From NCBI GenBank assembly GCA_964247055.1, contig OZ176050.1, positions 2,790,001 to 2,854,000 on the forward strand: a DNA stretch of 64,000 bases, given 5' to 3'. The number at the start of each line of letters is the position of its first letter. The stretch's first letter is position 1. Shown here one piece after another: positions 11,618 through 25,200 of this stretch. The DNA comes from Paragordius varius. Lineage: Eukaryota > Animalia > Nematomorpha. The notes below the pieces were generated by a model. The model saw nothing but the letters and a program-made list of their open reading frames with translations, was not told the origin of the DNA and ran no database searches. Position numbers and translations under genes: made by a program.

Positions 11618-14524
11618 TAAGGTGACGGTCCCGCTTTTTCACACTTTGTCCCGCGTCCCGCTGCGTTTTTGAAATGTCCCGCTTTTTAACGATTATAAAA
11701 AAAAATTTTTAAATACATTTAAATTTTGTATAAAAAATTTATTTTTTTTATCCGTTTAAATTTTTTATCATTAGTTATCTTTAAAAACTGTATCAATTTT
11801 AAATTAAAGTTTTTTATTTTTAAATTAAAAATATTTATTTTCAAATTTATATCATATGATTATACACTTTGCTTCCTAAACTGCCAACATTATCAAAAAG
11901 ACAAATTAATATCACAAATCGGTAGCTTATACGTTTACTCCAGAAAATTAAGGTAATATAATATTTTTTTATATTAAACTAGCGTAAATCTCGTGCTGCT
12001 ACGCACCCGAGGAAGTCCTTCGGACTTCTGGAAGGGCGGGCTATTTGAAATAAGGGACAATAAAATGATCCACATATGTGGATTATTTCGAAACATTATT
12101 TAATAGATATGATTTTATAGGAATTTTAAAACGGAGCATTCATACTAATATATTGTTTAATAGGGCGAAAAATAGATTTAAAAATTATTTTTGTAGACTT
12201 TGTTTTGTGAAAAAATGGCATTTTACGGAGGGAGCGGGTAAAAAGAGGACGTAAATCAAAAAAGCGAGACGACTATGTTCGGCGCAATCGAAAATAAGTA
12301 AACAAAAATCATTTTTGAAATTGAATGGTCCAACACGTTCTCCAGAAAATTGTCTCAAAGACACGATTTTTGTGGACTTCTATTTTCAAAAAAAACCCGA
12401 TACGGGGTGGGCCCGAACTGGGGGCCTATTTCAAAAAAAGGGCTAAGCTATTGTTGGGGCATTCATTAATGATTATATTTTTTTGAAGTTTCGATTTGAA
12501 TGAGTCTACCGGTTTTCCGGTACCAGATCACAAGCCAGCATTTTCCATTCTTATAAATATATAGATTAGTTTAAAATATGAGTACAAAAAGAGGTTGTAA
12601 ATTTAACGATGATTTAATGAAAGAATTTGCTTTTATCAAAAAAACGAAGAATGAATCATTTGTTAAATGCTTTATGTTAGGGGTTCACCCTACCACATGG
12701 CGGTAAGCATGATATTACAAAGCATATTGAAACACAGAAACATAAAAAATGTTTAGATATGGTGGCATCATCTTACAAAATGAGCGATTTTTATCGTAAA
12801 ACCGCTTTTGGAGATTTGGCACTAGCCCAAGGCGTTTTTTTTCACGCGTTAATCACAATCATCCTTTAGATCTATGGATTGTACATCACATGTTATTCGT
12901 GCCCGTACAAAGGCTGAAGCCATTGTATGCATTGTCCTGACGCCACATGCATTTTATGAATACAAAAAGATTTGCTAAAAATTAATTTCATATCGCCATA
13001 CTCTGATGTATCAAATCAGGAAACAAAAATATTTCCCACGTTAATAAAATATTTTGGTCCAGAAACCGGAGTAAAATTAAAATTTTAAATTTTATATCTC
13101 TACCCGGTGCGAATTCCGACATAATTTTACTTCAATAATGAATATTCTAGGAAAAAATAATTTAAAAGGCAAAATTATCGCATATTGCGGTGACAACACC
13201 AATACGAACTTCGGTGGAAAAGCAAGGAGGGAACAAAAAATAATTTTCAGTAATTAGCAGATAATCTTAATCCATTATTGACGTTGGGTGTGTAACGCAT
13301 ATAACACACAACGCTATTCAAACAGCTGCTGATTTGTTACCCCTAGATGTGGAAAATGTAATTGTTAAGGTATATTCCTATTTTTATATACACGGTACGC
13401 GTTGAAACGCTTAAGAAATTCTGTGCAAATGCAGAAGCTCAATATTAAAAAATGCTTGGATATTGTAAAACTCGTTGGTTTGCTCTTCTGCCAGCTATCG
13501 AAGGAATTTAAAAAAATGATACTTTAAAATCCTATTTTTTTATCACAGGACAAATGTCCTACAACTTTGGAAAGGTTTTTTGAAAGTGATTCTTCAATAT
13601 GGTTAGAGTTCCTACATAATCAAGCTTCTCTCTTTCAAAATGTTATTAAATTGATAGTAAATGACAAAACTTCGGCAATCGAAGTAGCCAATGAAGTTAG
13701 TAACCTAAAGTTCCAATGTCAAGAAAGGTTATAAAATAATTTTATACCAGTAACCATCCGCAATATTATAAATAATTTAGAAAAACAAGGCTTAATAAAT
13801 CGCCAAGATATCCTGTACCATTATAAATGTTTTACACAAACTGTAAAGATTATTGGAAGACTGGACAGTGCAATTTAATGAAATTGATCATTTTCATTGG
13901 ATAACATTAATACCAGAATTTAATTGGTGCAATGTTCAAAAATCATTTCTGTATCTCCCAAAAATTCCCAAAAAGTAACCTTTCAGAAAATATCTTTTTT
14001 CTAAAATATCATTAGTTATAAAATATATTAATAGAAAAACTTAAACTATGGACAACAGAAAAAATAAAGTATAAAAGAAATGGTTAGAAATATTTTATCA
14101 TTTTGAAACAAACTATGTTCCATACAATATTTTAAAAATTGTAGAATTTGCATTATCTTTACGTGGTACCAACGCTGCTACTGAGCGCGTTTTTTCCACA
14201 GTAAATCAGATGTCGACATCGGAAAAATTAAATTTGAATGTTGAAACTTTACCATTATATCTTTCAAATATAATTTGACAAATTCTTGTGAAGACTTCTA
14301 CAATATTTTTAAAATGATAACAATCTGCTAAAACGCATTCACTCAAATAAAAAATATACCAAGGAATTAAATATTTTTTTATATTAATAATATATTTGTG
14401 TTAAAAATAAATAAATACTACAATAAATTTGTTGTATAAAAATTTTTGGTTGTACACCCCACCTTATAACCCCCCCTTTCTCAGATTTGTCCCGCTTTTT
14501 CCTTCAAAAAATCTGGTCACCTTA
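11618..14524 (+). mobile_element. hAT (Blackjack-like) DNA transposon with a decayed transposase (about 12578-14350)
   Basis: TIR TAAGGTGAC / GTCACCTTA, subterminal GTCCCGC repeats and a perfect 8-bp TSD AGCATGCG (11610-11617, 14525-14532). Frameshifted transposase pieces: MSTKRGCKFNDDL, HGGKHDITKHIETQKHKKC (BED-like), CARTKAEAIV, AYCGDNTNTNFGG, EFALSLRGTNAATERVFS (hAT dimerisation motif). Confidence 0.9.
11979..12565 (-). mobile_element. Non-autonomous Helitron-like element, 587 bp, nested in the hAT element just upstream of the transposase start
   Basis: On the minus strand it begins A|TC-TATATA and ends in a GC hairpin (CTCGGGTGCGTAGCAGCACGAG) followed by CTAG|T, with no TSD. The body is homologous to 53020-53340 and 57607-57850. 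Confidence 0.8.
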
Positions 14525-15782
14525 AGCATGCGCCTTAAAAGCTAGAAAAATATAATTCGGTCTAATACCTTAAATATTTTTTAAGATATTCAAATTTCAA
14601 ATCGCGGGATATTAAAACCACCCCAAAAGCCCATAAAATATTAGGGCCTGTGGTTACCAACAAACCAATTTAAATCGGCATATCCTGGTGTCAATTCGTA
14701 AGTGACTAGACCAAAAGCACAATGGTTATACCAATAATATATCATCTGTTTTTTTCTCATAAAATGCTAGAAAATATATAAATGACATGCCTTACTTTTT
14801 ATAAAATTTTTAACACTCATTGATTTTCCATCTATGAGCAGGATTTTTTTAAAAAAAGTATAATTGTAAAAATATAGGCACATCGTTTATGGTTTGAAAA
14901 TTATAATACTTTAGTAAGCTTTCATGCATTTTACTAGCAAAAACATATTTATTGATTTTAAAATGAGCTGTTTATTTTAATGGTATTTTGTAGCTGTCCT
15001 AATTTTTTAGAAGTTACTAAACTGTAAAAATTAGAAGCTTTTAATCTAATATCAAAACAATAGTCAATTTACAAGAATGAGCTATGAGACAACCCCAATA
15101 TGTCATCGCGTAAAGGTCATGAAGTGTTGATAAAATTTGAATTTTTTTAAAAAATAATTAACACGAATAGCTAATTTTAAAATTTATAAAATGTAATATC
15201 TGTTTTTTTTTCTGAACGGATATGAGTGCAATATTTAACACTTCATACTTTTTGCGGTTGTTATATATATGCCGGAGCGATTTAAAATTGAATAACTTAA
15301 ATTAAAGGTATTTATCTAAAATTGTAAATATGCTTCTTTTTTATTTTCCATTTCCTTAACATTTTTGGAACCATAATAAGGGCAAATAAATGTGTATTTT
15401 GGGTAAAAAATTAAAGTTAAAATTAAAATTATAGGGCTTTTACAGGATAGCTATCGATTAAAACTATAAAATCACCTGATTAAAAAAATAGATTTACATT
15501 TAGTTCTAAGGTATATGTATTAAAAATTATCTATAAAATATGAAAAAGACAATAAAGTGTTAACTAAAACCTATTTTAGAGGGTAACTTCCTTTTTATTT
15601 ATTATTCATTATTATATTTATTTGCTAATTCTACTGTAAATATCCCCAAATTTTACATAAAATTTTAAAAGATATTGAAGGGCTTATAAGAAATTTTAAG
15701 TGGAAGTTTTCGCGTTAACCACATAGAATAAAATATGACCGCAGGTTATTTGTTTTTCTGCTTTTCTGTGCTATGTTTAAAA

Positions 15783-16004
15783 CAGGGCTTTTCAACACAA
15801 ACGCCAAGGGCCAAATCACACAGTATATAGAATTAACAAATATTTTAATAGATTTTAAACATAAGACTGTAAAAAATAATATCAATTTTATTAAATTTTT
15901 TCTAATTAATTACCAAAAGGAAAGGCTTATTATAAATTTGTTTAAAACAATTTTACTTAATAAAATTTTGAAATTTCTTGCGGGCCGCATATAGGACAGT
16001 CCTG
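15783..16004. mobile_element. hAT (Charlie-like) MITE, 222 bp, about 200 bp upstream of the eIF3a ATG
   Basis: Ends CAGGGCTTTTCAAC..GGGCCA and GCGGGCCGCATATAGGACAGTCCTG; perfect 8-bp TSD GTTTAAAA (15775-15782, 16005-16012). Confidence 0.85.
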
Positions 16005-16206
16005 GTTTAAAAGATTTTATACTACGTGTGCGTACGTACAAATCCCAAAATTTATATTTGCTCATAATATATAATAGTTTGTGAAAATTATTAATTGAAA
16101 TTAAAATTAGTAATAGCCTTGATATTTTAATTTATATTTTTGAAATTAATTTGTATCAGTTATTTGACACTACTTGTTTCATTCGTAATTTTTTTTTGAA
16201 TAACTA

Positions 16207-19200
16207 ATGCCTGTTTATATCCATAAACCTGATAATGTATTAAAACGAGCTCAAGGTTTATTATAAAACTAATTTTAGAATTTATTGATGTTGGGAAAGA
16301 TGATCGAGCTTTGGAAGCCTTGTCAGGCTTGATTAAAAATCAACCCCATAAAATTTGGCAAAAGACACCCGGTGAAGTTTCTTATGAGTTTTTCAGCAAA
16401 TTCCTTGAACTTTGTGTAAAACTTCGTAAATCAGATGTTGCCAAGGAGGGATTGTATCATTACAGAAATATTTGTCAACAAGTACGCCTTTTAATTAATG
16501 TTAATTAAGGTTAACGTGAATGCTCTCGAAACCGTTTTTCGTAATTTTCTTAAAAATGCCGAGGAAAGAACTTCACAAGCAGCTAAAGAATCGAAAGAAA
16601 ACATGAACGAAGTCGAAGATTTGGATGTTATTCAATCACCGGAAGAGTATTTTTACAGATTACAGAATTGCTATTTTTTATTTTAAACTCTTAATACTTA
16701 AAATTTTCGACATTTGGCTTTTATTTCTTTGTATCTGATATTATCTAATTTAATAAAGTGCTTATAATTGTTGGAACAATTTATTTTATATTAAATTTAT
16801 AACTGTATGACCAATTTAAAAATATAGAATCAAAAATTTAAATATTTTGAAAAGATTTTTAAATGTTACCTATTGTTTTGGATTTTTAATTAAAAATATT
16901 TATCCGCACAACATATTTGCAAAATATCGTGTTTATATTCTGAACTTAAAATTAAAGCTAATTTTTTATTTAAATTACATCTAACATTGTTACATATAGA
17001 AAAAGCTGCTTATTTGGAATTATTTTTCAATTTTACCATTGTTCGCATGTCTCGTTCACTAAATTTTTACCTTTCGGTTTTAGCTAAATAAATAATATCA
17101 AGTATTTTTGAATAAAATTTTATATATTTGGGTTTATTAATGTTATATAAGTGCTAGATTTTGCCATGGTTTCGATTCATTCCATATTTTTAAAAAAAGT
17201 CAATTATAAACAGACCTGGGGTTTTTAACTACCCCAATTTGAATTGAAGGACTAAAATGAATGTGTTGTATCCAAGTGTTAATAGGCATTAAAATAAAAT
17301 TTACCTACATTTATTAATAATTTGCAAAAAAATTCAAATATTTAAAATTTAATAATAAAACCGTAAAAAAGATAAAAATATGAAAAATGAGTTATTTCAG
17401 CCCAAAAACACTTATTTATTTTAAATGTTAATTTGGGGAAAAGTTTAGTTGGTTTGGGATAAGTTATATAAAAAATAATGGATCATTTATAACGATCCTT
17501 TACTTTAAATTATCTTTTTTTGTAATATTTATCATTTAAGATTGCTGTTAAGTGCTGTGAGTGGTGAAGATTCTCAGGATAGAACTAATCGTATGGTCCT
17601 CACTCCTTGGGTTAAATTTCTTTGGGAAGCTTATCGTCAATGCCTTGAGTTGCTTCGAAACAATAATTTGGTGCAAAGATTGTATCATTATATTGCTAAC
17701 CAGGCTTTCCTGTTTTGTCAAAAATACCAACGCCGAACGGAGTTTAAAAAGTTGTCCGAAAATGTAATACATATGTGGATTATAAATTTATTTTTTGCTT
17801 TATGTGGGTTGGGTCATAAGAGTAAGAGTATGTTTTCAAATTTTGGCGAATAGTATATCCAAAAAAACAGCAATTTTATTGGTTAGTAAAATAAACAATT
17901 AGTTACTTACACTGTATGTATGTTTTATATATAGTTGAGATATCACTTGGTTTTGCTACAAAAACAAAACAATCCATCGGTGGCCATTGATTTGAATAAC
18001 CCAGAAACGCAACAAATGCACCTTAACACACGATTTAATCAACTCAATATTGCGATTGAAATGGAATTGTGGCATGTATGAAACACTTATTTTTTATATT
18101 ACCAATTTTATATCATTGAAACATCTTATTTTTTTGTGAAAAATTTTATTTTTTGCAATGATCAAATTTATATAATGTGTGTGATATTTTTAGGAAGCAT
18201 TTAAAATAGTTCAAGACATTTATGGACTGATGCAAATATCTACGAATCAAGTTAAAGCCCCAGTCCGTGCCTCATATTACAAGAAATTGGCGCTTGTCTT
18301 TTGGTGTGCTGAAAATAACCATCTTTACCATGCTTGTGCCCTACATAGACTCTACAATCTTTATTGTGATAATAAACGCAATTTTACGGTGGACGAGGAA
18401 CAAAAGTTACCATATATATATTATAATATGTTGTTGATTTCAATATGATTTAGATCTGAGGTATTAAAAAAATGAGAGTAATTTGTAGCAAAAATATTAA
18501 AAAGCCTTAAAGTAGCCCTTTACCAAACAATTTATGGGATTAATAAACATAATTGGTATAATTCTGATTATTATTGAATTCGAAATTGTAAAATGTTATT
18601 ATATGTTTTTTTGACGTTTTTTACGGGCAGTAAAAGATTTGGGGACCACATGGCCGCGTGTTGGTCACCTTGGATTTAGCACTAATGAATAGACAATATA
18701 GTTTTTGTAACTATTTTCGAATCTTAAACATGCCATACAATAGAACCTCTTTTTAAATCATGATCTTTTTGTGAAAAAATGAATATTTGTAATGTTTAAT
18801 ATTATTTTAAATATAATTGAATAAGAATAATATTTTTTAAGTTAAGGTGGCTTAATACTGCTGGTTTCTCGTAGTTATGAATGCTTGTATTTAAATATTA
18901 GGATTCTTTTAAATCATAAAATGCATAACAGAAGGAGCGAATATAAAAAATATTAAAAGAGGACGGGACATATTTTTAACGTATAGAAAACAATATTAAT
19001 TATCTTAAAATTAATCAATTTTTTAAAATTTACATAAATCTGCCCATCTAATTATTGGTTTTAAAAACAACTAATTTAAATTGCTATAATCGGATAAAAT
19101 GAAATTTATTTTTTTAGATTTTTTGTCACAAAATAATGTATATCGTTTATTTTGAGCATTTATTTTTAAAAATGGAAAATAATTAACAAAAAAGTAATGA

Positions 19201-22200
19201 AACTGAAAAAAATGACACTCTATGGCAAAGATCTTTGACTTATTACTATTACGCTAAATACACCTATATCCAATAACAAAATCTTTTTACAGAGTTACAG
19301 TGAAATGTTTTTTTGATGGTTAGATCTATAGAAGTGTTTAAGGTGTTGGTTTATAATACGTAAGATATATCAATAAAAAATATATATTTAATATATATAC
19401 ATATATACCAACTTTTATTACTTAAAATATTAAATCTTGTATTACTTACTTTTTAGAATGTGTACATCTATACTATTGGCCACACTTTCAATCCCAATCC
19501 CCCCGGCTAAAAGTTACATTGATCGTTTTTATGATCACAATGATAAGAATAGAAAGCTCGCAGCCTTACTTGGTTTAGCTACCCCACCTACTCGCCATTC
19601 CCTTATCAAAGATTTGGTATTTAACATAATTATTCATTTAACTTTGTTCATAATGTGTACCGTTTTTTTTAAAAAAAAATTTAAAACGCTTCCCGAAATA
19701 TGATTTTTTAGTTAATTTGTTAATTTTTGCCTTATATTAAGCCAACTGTTTTTCTTACCTGATTTTTTTAACAAAAAATTATAGAAACCGGAACCGCGTT
19801 CGAATAATTGTCTTTTGACAAAAAAAGTTGAATAAAATTCATATTGTAACAAAAATGGTTTGATCAATAGACTTATTATTATCTAAAACAAAAGACTTCT
19901 ATTTTTAAATGAGAATATTATATTTTTGATTTTTGGATATACCATATGATTACATTAAAAATATATTGGATAAATACCGATAATTCTATTCCTCTTAGTA
20001 CGCAACACAACATATCATATATATTTAAAAATACAGGTTAAAAAATATGATTTAAAAAAATTCAAAATTAAAAAAATAGAAAAAAAACACTTTCGACTAT
20101 TTCTACAATTTATCACACTACCAATTAGAAAATAAAATTTGTTTTTTTTCTTAAGACTTTATATTTTTTGTTGTCAGATCAAATACAACATTGTAAGCAA
20201 GGTACCGGCCGAATTAAAACAACTGTTTGATTGGCTTGAAGTGGATTTTCATCCCTTAAAGTTGTCTTCTCGTGTGGCGCATTGCTTAACTTACATAACG
20301 GAAAATGAACCAAAGCTTGTCAAATATATCCCATCACTGCAATCCGTAACACTTTTCAAACTCTTGCAACAGGTATTTTAATCATTTGTTTCTTTAGTTT
20401 TTTTGGATTTTTTATGTTTTAATTTCACCTGTATTTTATTAATTTATAGAAAATTTTGAATATTGTTTAGAGTAAAATCACATATTTATTTGACATAGAT
20501 CTAAATATTACATAAAGTTTTGCTTTTACATTATAAGTTTTTTTATATATATTTGTGTTAGATTTCACAAGTTTATTCGACAATCAAATTTGAACGTTTG
20601 TGCTCAATCATAAATTTTTTGACGCCGGAAGAGGTGGAAAGATATATTGTGAATGTTGCCAAAAACAATGATATTCAAGTGAGTTTAGATTTAATTATAC
20701 TACTTAAATCAAATTTATTATGACGTATTATTATACAAATCAATCTGTTTTGGGTTTATTTATACGATATCACTAAAACAACGAAAATTTTTAAAATTAA
20801 ATAACACCAAGGCTATAAAATATGATATCCTTGAAATAATATTTTTTAAGCTTGCATTTTATCACAATATTGTTTATTATATGTTTAGAAATGTAAATTC
20901 ATGCCCAACTATTTTGTTAAACAATATATGTTTGCTTATTATTATTATTTTTATTTGCTTTTTGGTAAGCTACCAATTTATATTTAGAGTTATAAAGCTA
21001 CGATACATTTTAGTTAAAAATTTTATAATTTTTATTTTTAACTTTCCAGCAACTTATGACCCGAGGACACCTTAAAAGTTATAGAAGTCACCTTTTATTT
21101 GTTTACACAACATTTTAAAGGTTAAATTATAATAGAACAAGGTTCTACAATACTGTTTTATTGGGGTAACTTTAGATGAATATTATATATATATTTATAT
21201 ATATGCCTTAATATTGGGATGCTAAGTTTTGGGAGACTCAAATTTTTTGATAAAGTAAATAACGGACTTTTTGCATCTGAAAAATTTTGAGCGTTAAATA
21301 GCATTATTGCTTAATATGTCCCAAAACAAGCCACCGAATAACTATTATATTGGCATTAGTATTTAAATGATAATTTATTTTTTTGGTCTAATATTATTAA
21401 AATAAAAAAGTCGAAATCTAATGGAGCCTTTTGCAATTAAAAAATATAAACCAAAGTTTTTAGCTGACTTAATTTTTACGTGTCAAATAAAAGCATTGAT
21501 AGCGGTTTTCAAAGCCTATTGGATATTCATATATTAAAGCTTAATATTATAATTTTTATATTATTAAAAACCAATTTTTTATTTAGCTATAATTTTCTTG
21601 TTACTAATAAATTCGCAAATATAAAATTTTATATGCGCATATACCTATATCTTTGACGAGTTTCTTAAAAATTTAAATATTTAACAATACTATTAAAAAT
21701 CTGATCCAAGCTTGTGCTATGTTTTTAATATCTTAAATTTTTTAAACTTCAAAAACCTTTTATAAGAAGCTATATTAGGTGTTTTTGACACCCTTTCAAA
21801 TCTGTTAAACTGTATTTTTTGAATAAAAATATTTTCAAATATAATATTACTATATAATACATATCAACTCGGGATAATATATGCTTATCGCAACAAGTTT
21901 TTGCCAAATTTGTTTAGCATTATTTATTCGTTTAAGATTTTCTTTTTACGACATGGGAGTAATATATTTGGTATTTTCCTTTAAATAAATATACTATACT
22001 ACATTTATGAACATATCCTAAAAAAATTTACATTTTTTATATGATTGATTATACGACGCATTTTTCATAGGTTCGTATGGATCACAAAACGGGTATGTTA
22101 TGTATGGGCCGCGATATGAGTGTTATGAACGATTACCTTAGTCCAGATGCCGAACATGAGTTGTGTGATGAAGGTTTGGTCGATGGTGTCAAACATTACC

Positions 22201-25200
22201 TGTATTCCACGCATTTGGCCAGCTTATTGGCTAATCGTAACATTGCTTTCGCTTCGGGCGAAAATAAAAATGAGGTTAGAAATGTCATTTCAACCGTTAC
22301 TCAACTCCAACCCCTGCCTACACAGTGTGTACGTTTGCAATTTGTCGCGTTGGCTACACAGATTAATTGTATCCTGGATGAGATTAAACCAACTTCGCTC
22401 CAGGTATGTGATAGATTATCTTTAATATTGATTACAAAATTGTATTAACGAGTAATAATTCTTTTGGGTTTTCATCATTAATTATTTATTTTTAAACGCT
22501 CAATAATGTTTTATCGAATAAAATTCATCTTTTATGTGCTTAATCTTAATATTTTTGGATAAGTATAAACTATTTTAATCTGTTACACATATGCAATTCA
22601 CCAAAAATAATTGTGTCCGCTAAGTTAACGTTATTACTATGGTGAAATATTATTTTCTTATATTTTTATGGTTTAGAAAAGTGTTGAATCTGAACAGCTC
22701 ATGTTAGTAAAACAATATCAAGATATGGCCGCCTCTGAGTTTGAAAAGGTCTCTCAACGCCTTGAGGATATTGATAACAGGCGTAAAAAGCTTGAAGACA
22801 TGCAAAAAGTAATTTTATATACAGTATTTTTGACCCATCGATAATTTTTGTCGTTTACTTTTAAATTGATGCAAATCATTTTTTGGATTTTTTGAGACAT
22901 TTTGTTTGTACTTTAATAAAAATATTTATTTGACACATATAATTAAAATTTTAATAAAATACATATATATATTTATATACTTTTTGATAATGCTGGTGGT
23001 GCGTGTTTTAATTCTATGGTTTTTATTTTCGAACCCCTTCAAACGGTTTTATCCGCCAACAAGGAAATAAGTTTGTTTTGGAATCGATCTTTTGCGTCTT
23101 TTAGTTTCAGTTTAGCCATATACAATATTTGCTCGATATTATTTTTACTCTAAATTTATCTATCATCACATTATTAAACTTTAGCCATTCAAGCTTAAAT
23201 ATCTGCCTTAATGTTATTCTCGCTCGATAGAATGATTATATATAATTAGCAATTTATCTATTTGATAATATTAACCATTAAATTTTGCGTTTCCCTTAAA
23301 AATTAGCTTTATAAGTATTTTTGAGCTTTACATGATAAACGCAATATGCTCTTTATGTTTGAAAATAGACTATAATGTTATTGTTCCGCTTTATATATTG
23401 ATTTTAGATATTTGACTAAAATTATTTGATAAATCTATTAATTGAATATTAGTCTATTATCACTAAAATGGCATTAAATTTACTTTCGCTTTGATTGCTT
23501 TCTTAAAGCCACATTTTGTTTCAATGTATATCTATTAAAATTTTGCCGTTTTCTAAATATATTTGGTTCTCAAATTTTTGGTTTTTTCAAAATCAATATT
23601 TTAATAATATGTATACAGGATAAATCATTAATATTTACCATCACCCCTTAAATAAATGTCTCTGTTTCTTCATAAATTTATTTTATAATATTCTATCATT
23701 TTGATAAGGCAAATTTTTTATAATTTTTTTCTGTTGACCATAAAAACATTTTATTAGCAATTTCGTTGTTTATATCACTAGACTTATCATATAAATATGT
23801 CTTACAAATTTTTAATTAATTTATATAGTGGCAAACATTAAACTAGTTTAATGATAATTTGATATATCATAAAAAAACTTTAAAATTATGAATTTTATTG
23901 CTAAAATTCATGTGTGCTTTATACATTTTATAATTATAACATTTCATCATCGGTTCACATCTTGCTTTGAGGTAAAATGTCCTGTTGTCGCCATTTATTG
24001 ATTATTTTATAAATTTATTTATCATACATATTAGGATTTGATCAAGGAGGCCCGTCAAAAACAGCTGAAGCAAGAGGAACAAGACGCAGCTCGCCGGGAA
24101 TGGGAACAAAGTGCGGCGGCTCGAGACAAGGCCCAATACCTCAAGTTTCAAGAAGCCGTAGCTAAACGCAAACAGGCCGAAGTCTTACAGTAAAACAGTT
24201 AAATTTTTTAGCAGGCAACAAAACGTAAAAACTAGAAAGACATTATTATTTTTTACATATTAAACACTTATATATAGTTCTTTCTTACATTATGTTTATA
24301 TAATTACACTTTTAATAATATAAAATATTTCCTATTTACATCTCTGTTGCCTATTTTGCAAGATAAAACGTTAACATTTGATAAGTTTTATTGTTATACA
24401 AAACGTTTGTCTTTTATCTATCTGTGTTCTTACGTTTTGTCTCTATTGAACTTTTAGGAATAATAGCGCCACTGGTAAAACGAACGCTAATGTTGTCGTT
24501 GGTTTGGCTAATTTGGTAGTTGCTCCTTCCGCGGCCCCTGGAATATTCTCGAACGCTACTGGGACCATTTCTGCTGCAAATGCAGGGGGCGCCTTATCTT
24601 TGTCGAGTGGAGGATTGGTGAAAAAGGAGGTTAGTTTTTGAAATGTTCCATATATAAATATATTAATCAAAAGAATAAATATTTTGTTTTTTTTTTATAC
24701 ATTCAATTTTATATTTTAGGATTGAAATCATATAGGAAATTTTAAATAAGGGGCCAAAAAATTTGTATATTTTTCAAGTTTTTTTATAATTAAATTTTTT
24801 TCCTATAATGTATTTTAATTTGTCGTATAGGTCCTCTTTAAATGTACTATTTTTTGATAAATTTTTAAAATTATACTGTAATGTTTGTAGTTAAATGTCT
24901 TTAGGACTCAATTTTATTTTATAAATTTTTTTTTGTTTTAAATGAAAACATTTTTTTTAATATATGTTTTTAAAATCTTTTATAATAAATTATCTGAATT
25001 TGTTTTTAGGGTGATTTATCTGAAGACAAAAGAAATCAAAATAAAAATCAGGAATTGGCTACCAAGCTCAAAACGCAATTCAAAAGGGTGATTAGTTTAT
25101 ATATTCTCTAACGTAAATATAATACTATCCAAAACCTTTTTTTATCCATCACATCTTATTTTTATAGACTTTTTTCATTAAAAATTAACACTTTCCCCAT

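Larger units (their letters stand above)
11291..15126. mobile_element. Older element with ~200-bp inverted arms (about 11291-11490 and 14930-15126) and a piggyBac-like right end, split by the hAT insertion
   Basis: CGCGCTGACATTTTGGGG..CATAGCCCATTCTTGTAA..GTAACTTCT..TTAGGACAG..ATTAAAATAAACAGCTTATTTTAAAATCAA is mirrored on the opposite strand at 14950-15110. The right end is GGTCATGAAGTG. Confidence 0.55.

Noticed and set aside
11726-11956. Short AT-rich ORFs in the track (e.g. 3973, 5679, 11726, 20881, 30904, 48618, 54255)
   Set aside because: F/I/K/L/N-biased chance frames in introns, TEs or antisense to real exons, with no conserved motifs.
18600-18700. Hairpin followed by ACA in eIF3a intron 6; candidate H/ACA snoRNA, since vertebrate EIF3A hosts one
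   Set aside because: No convincing two-hairpin structure or guide complementarity could be established by eye; needs snoReport/Infernal.
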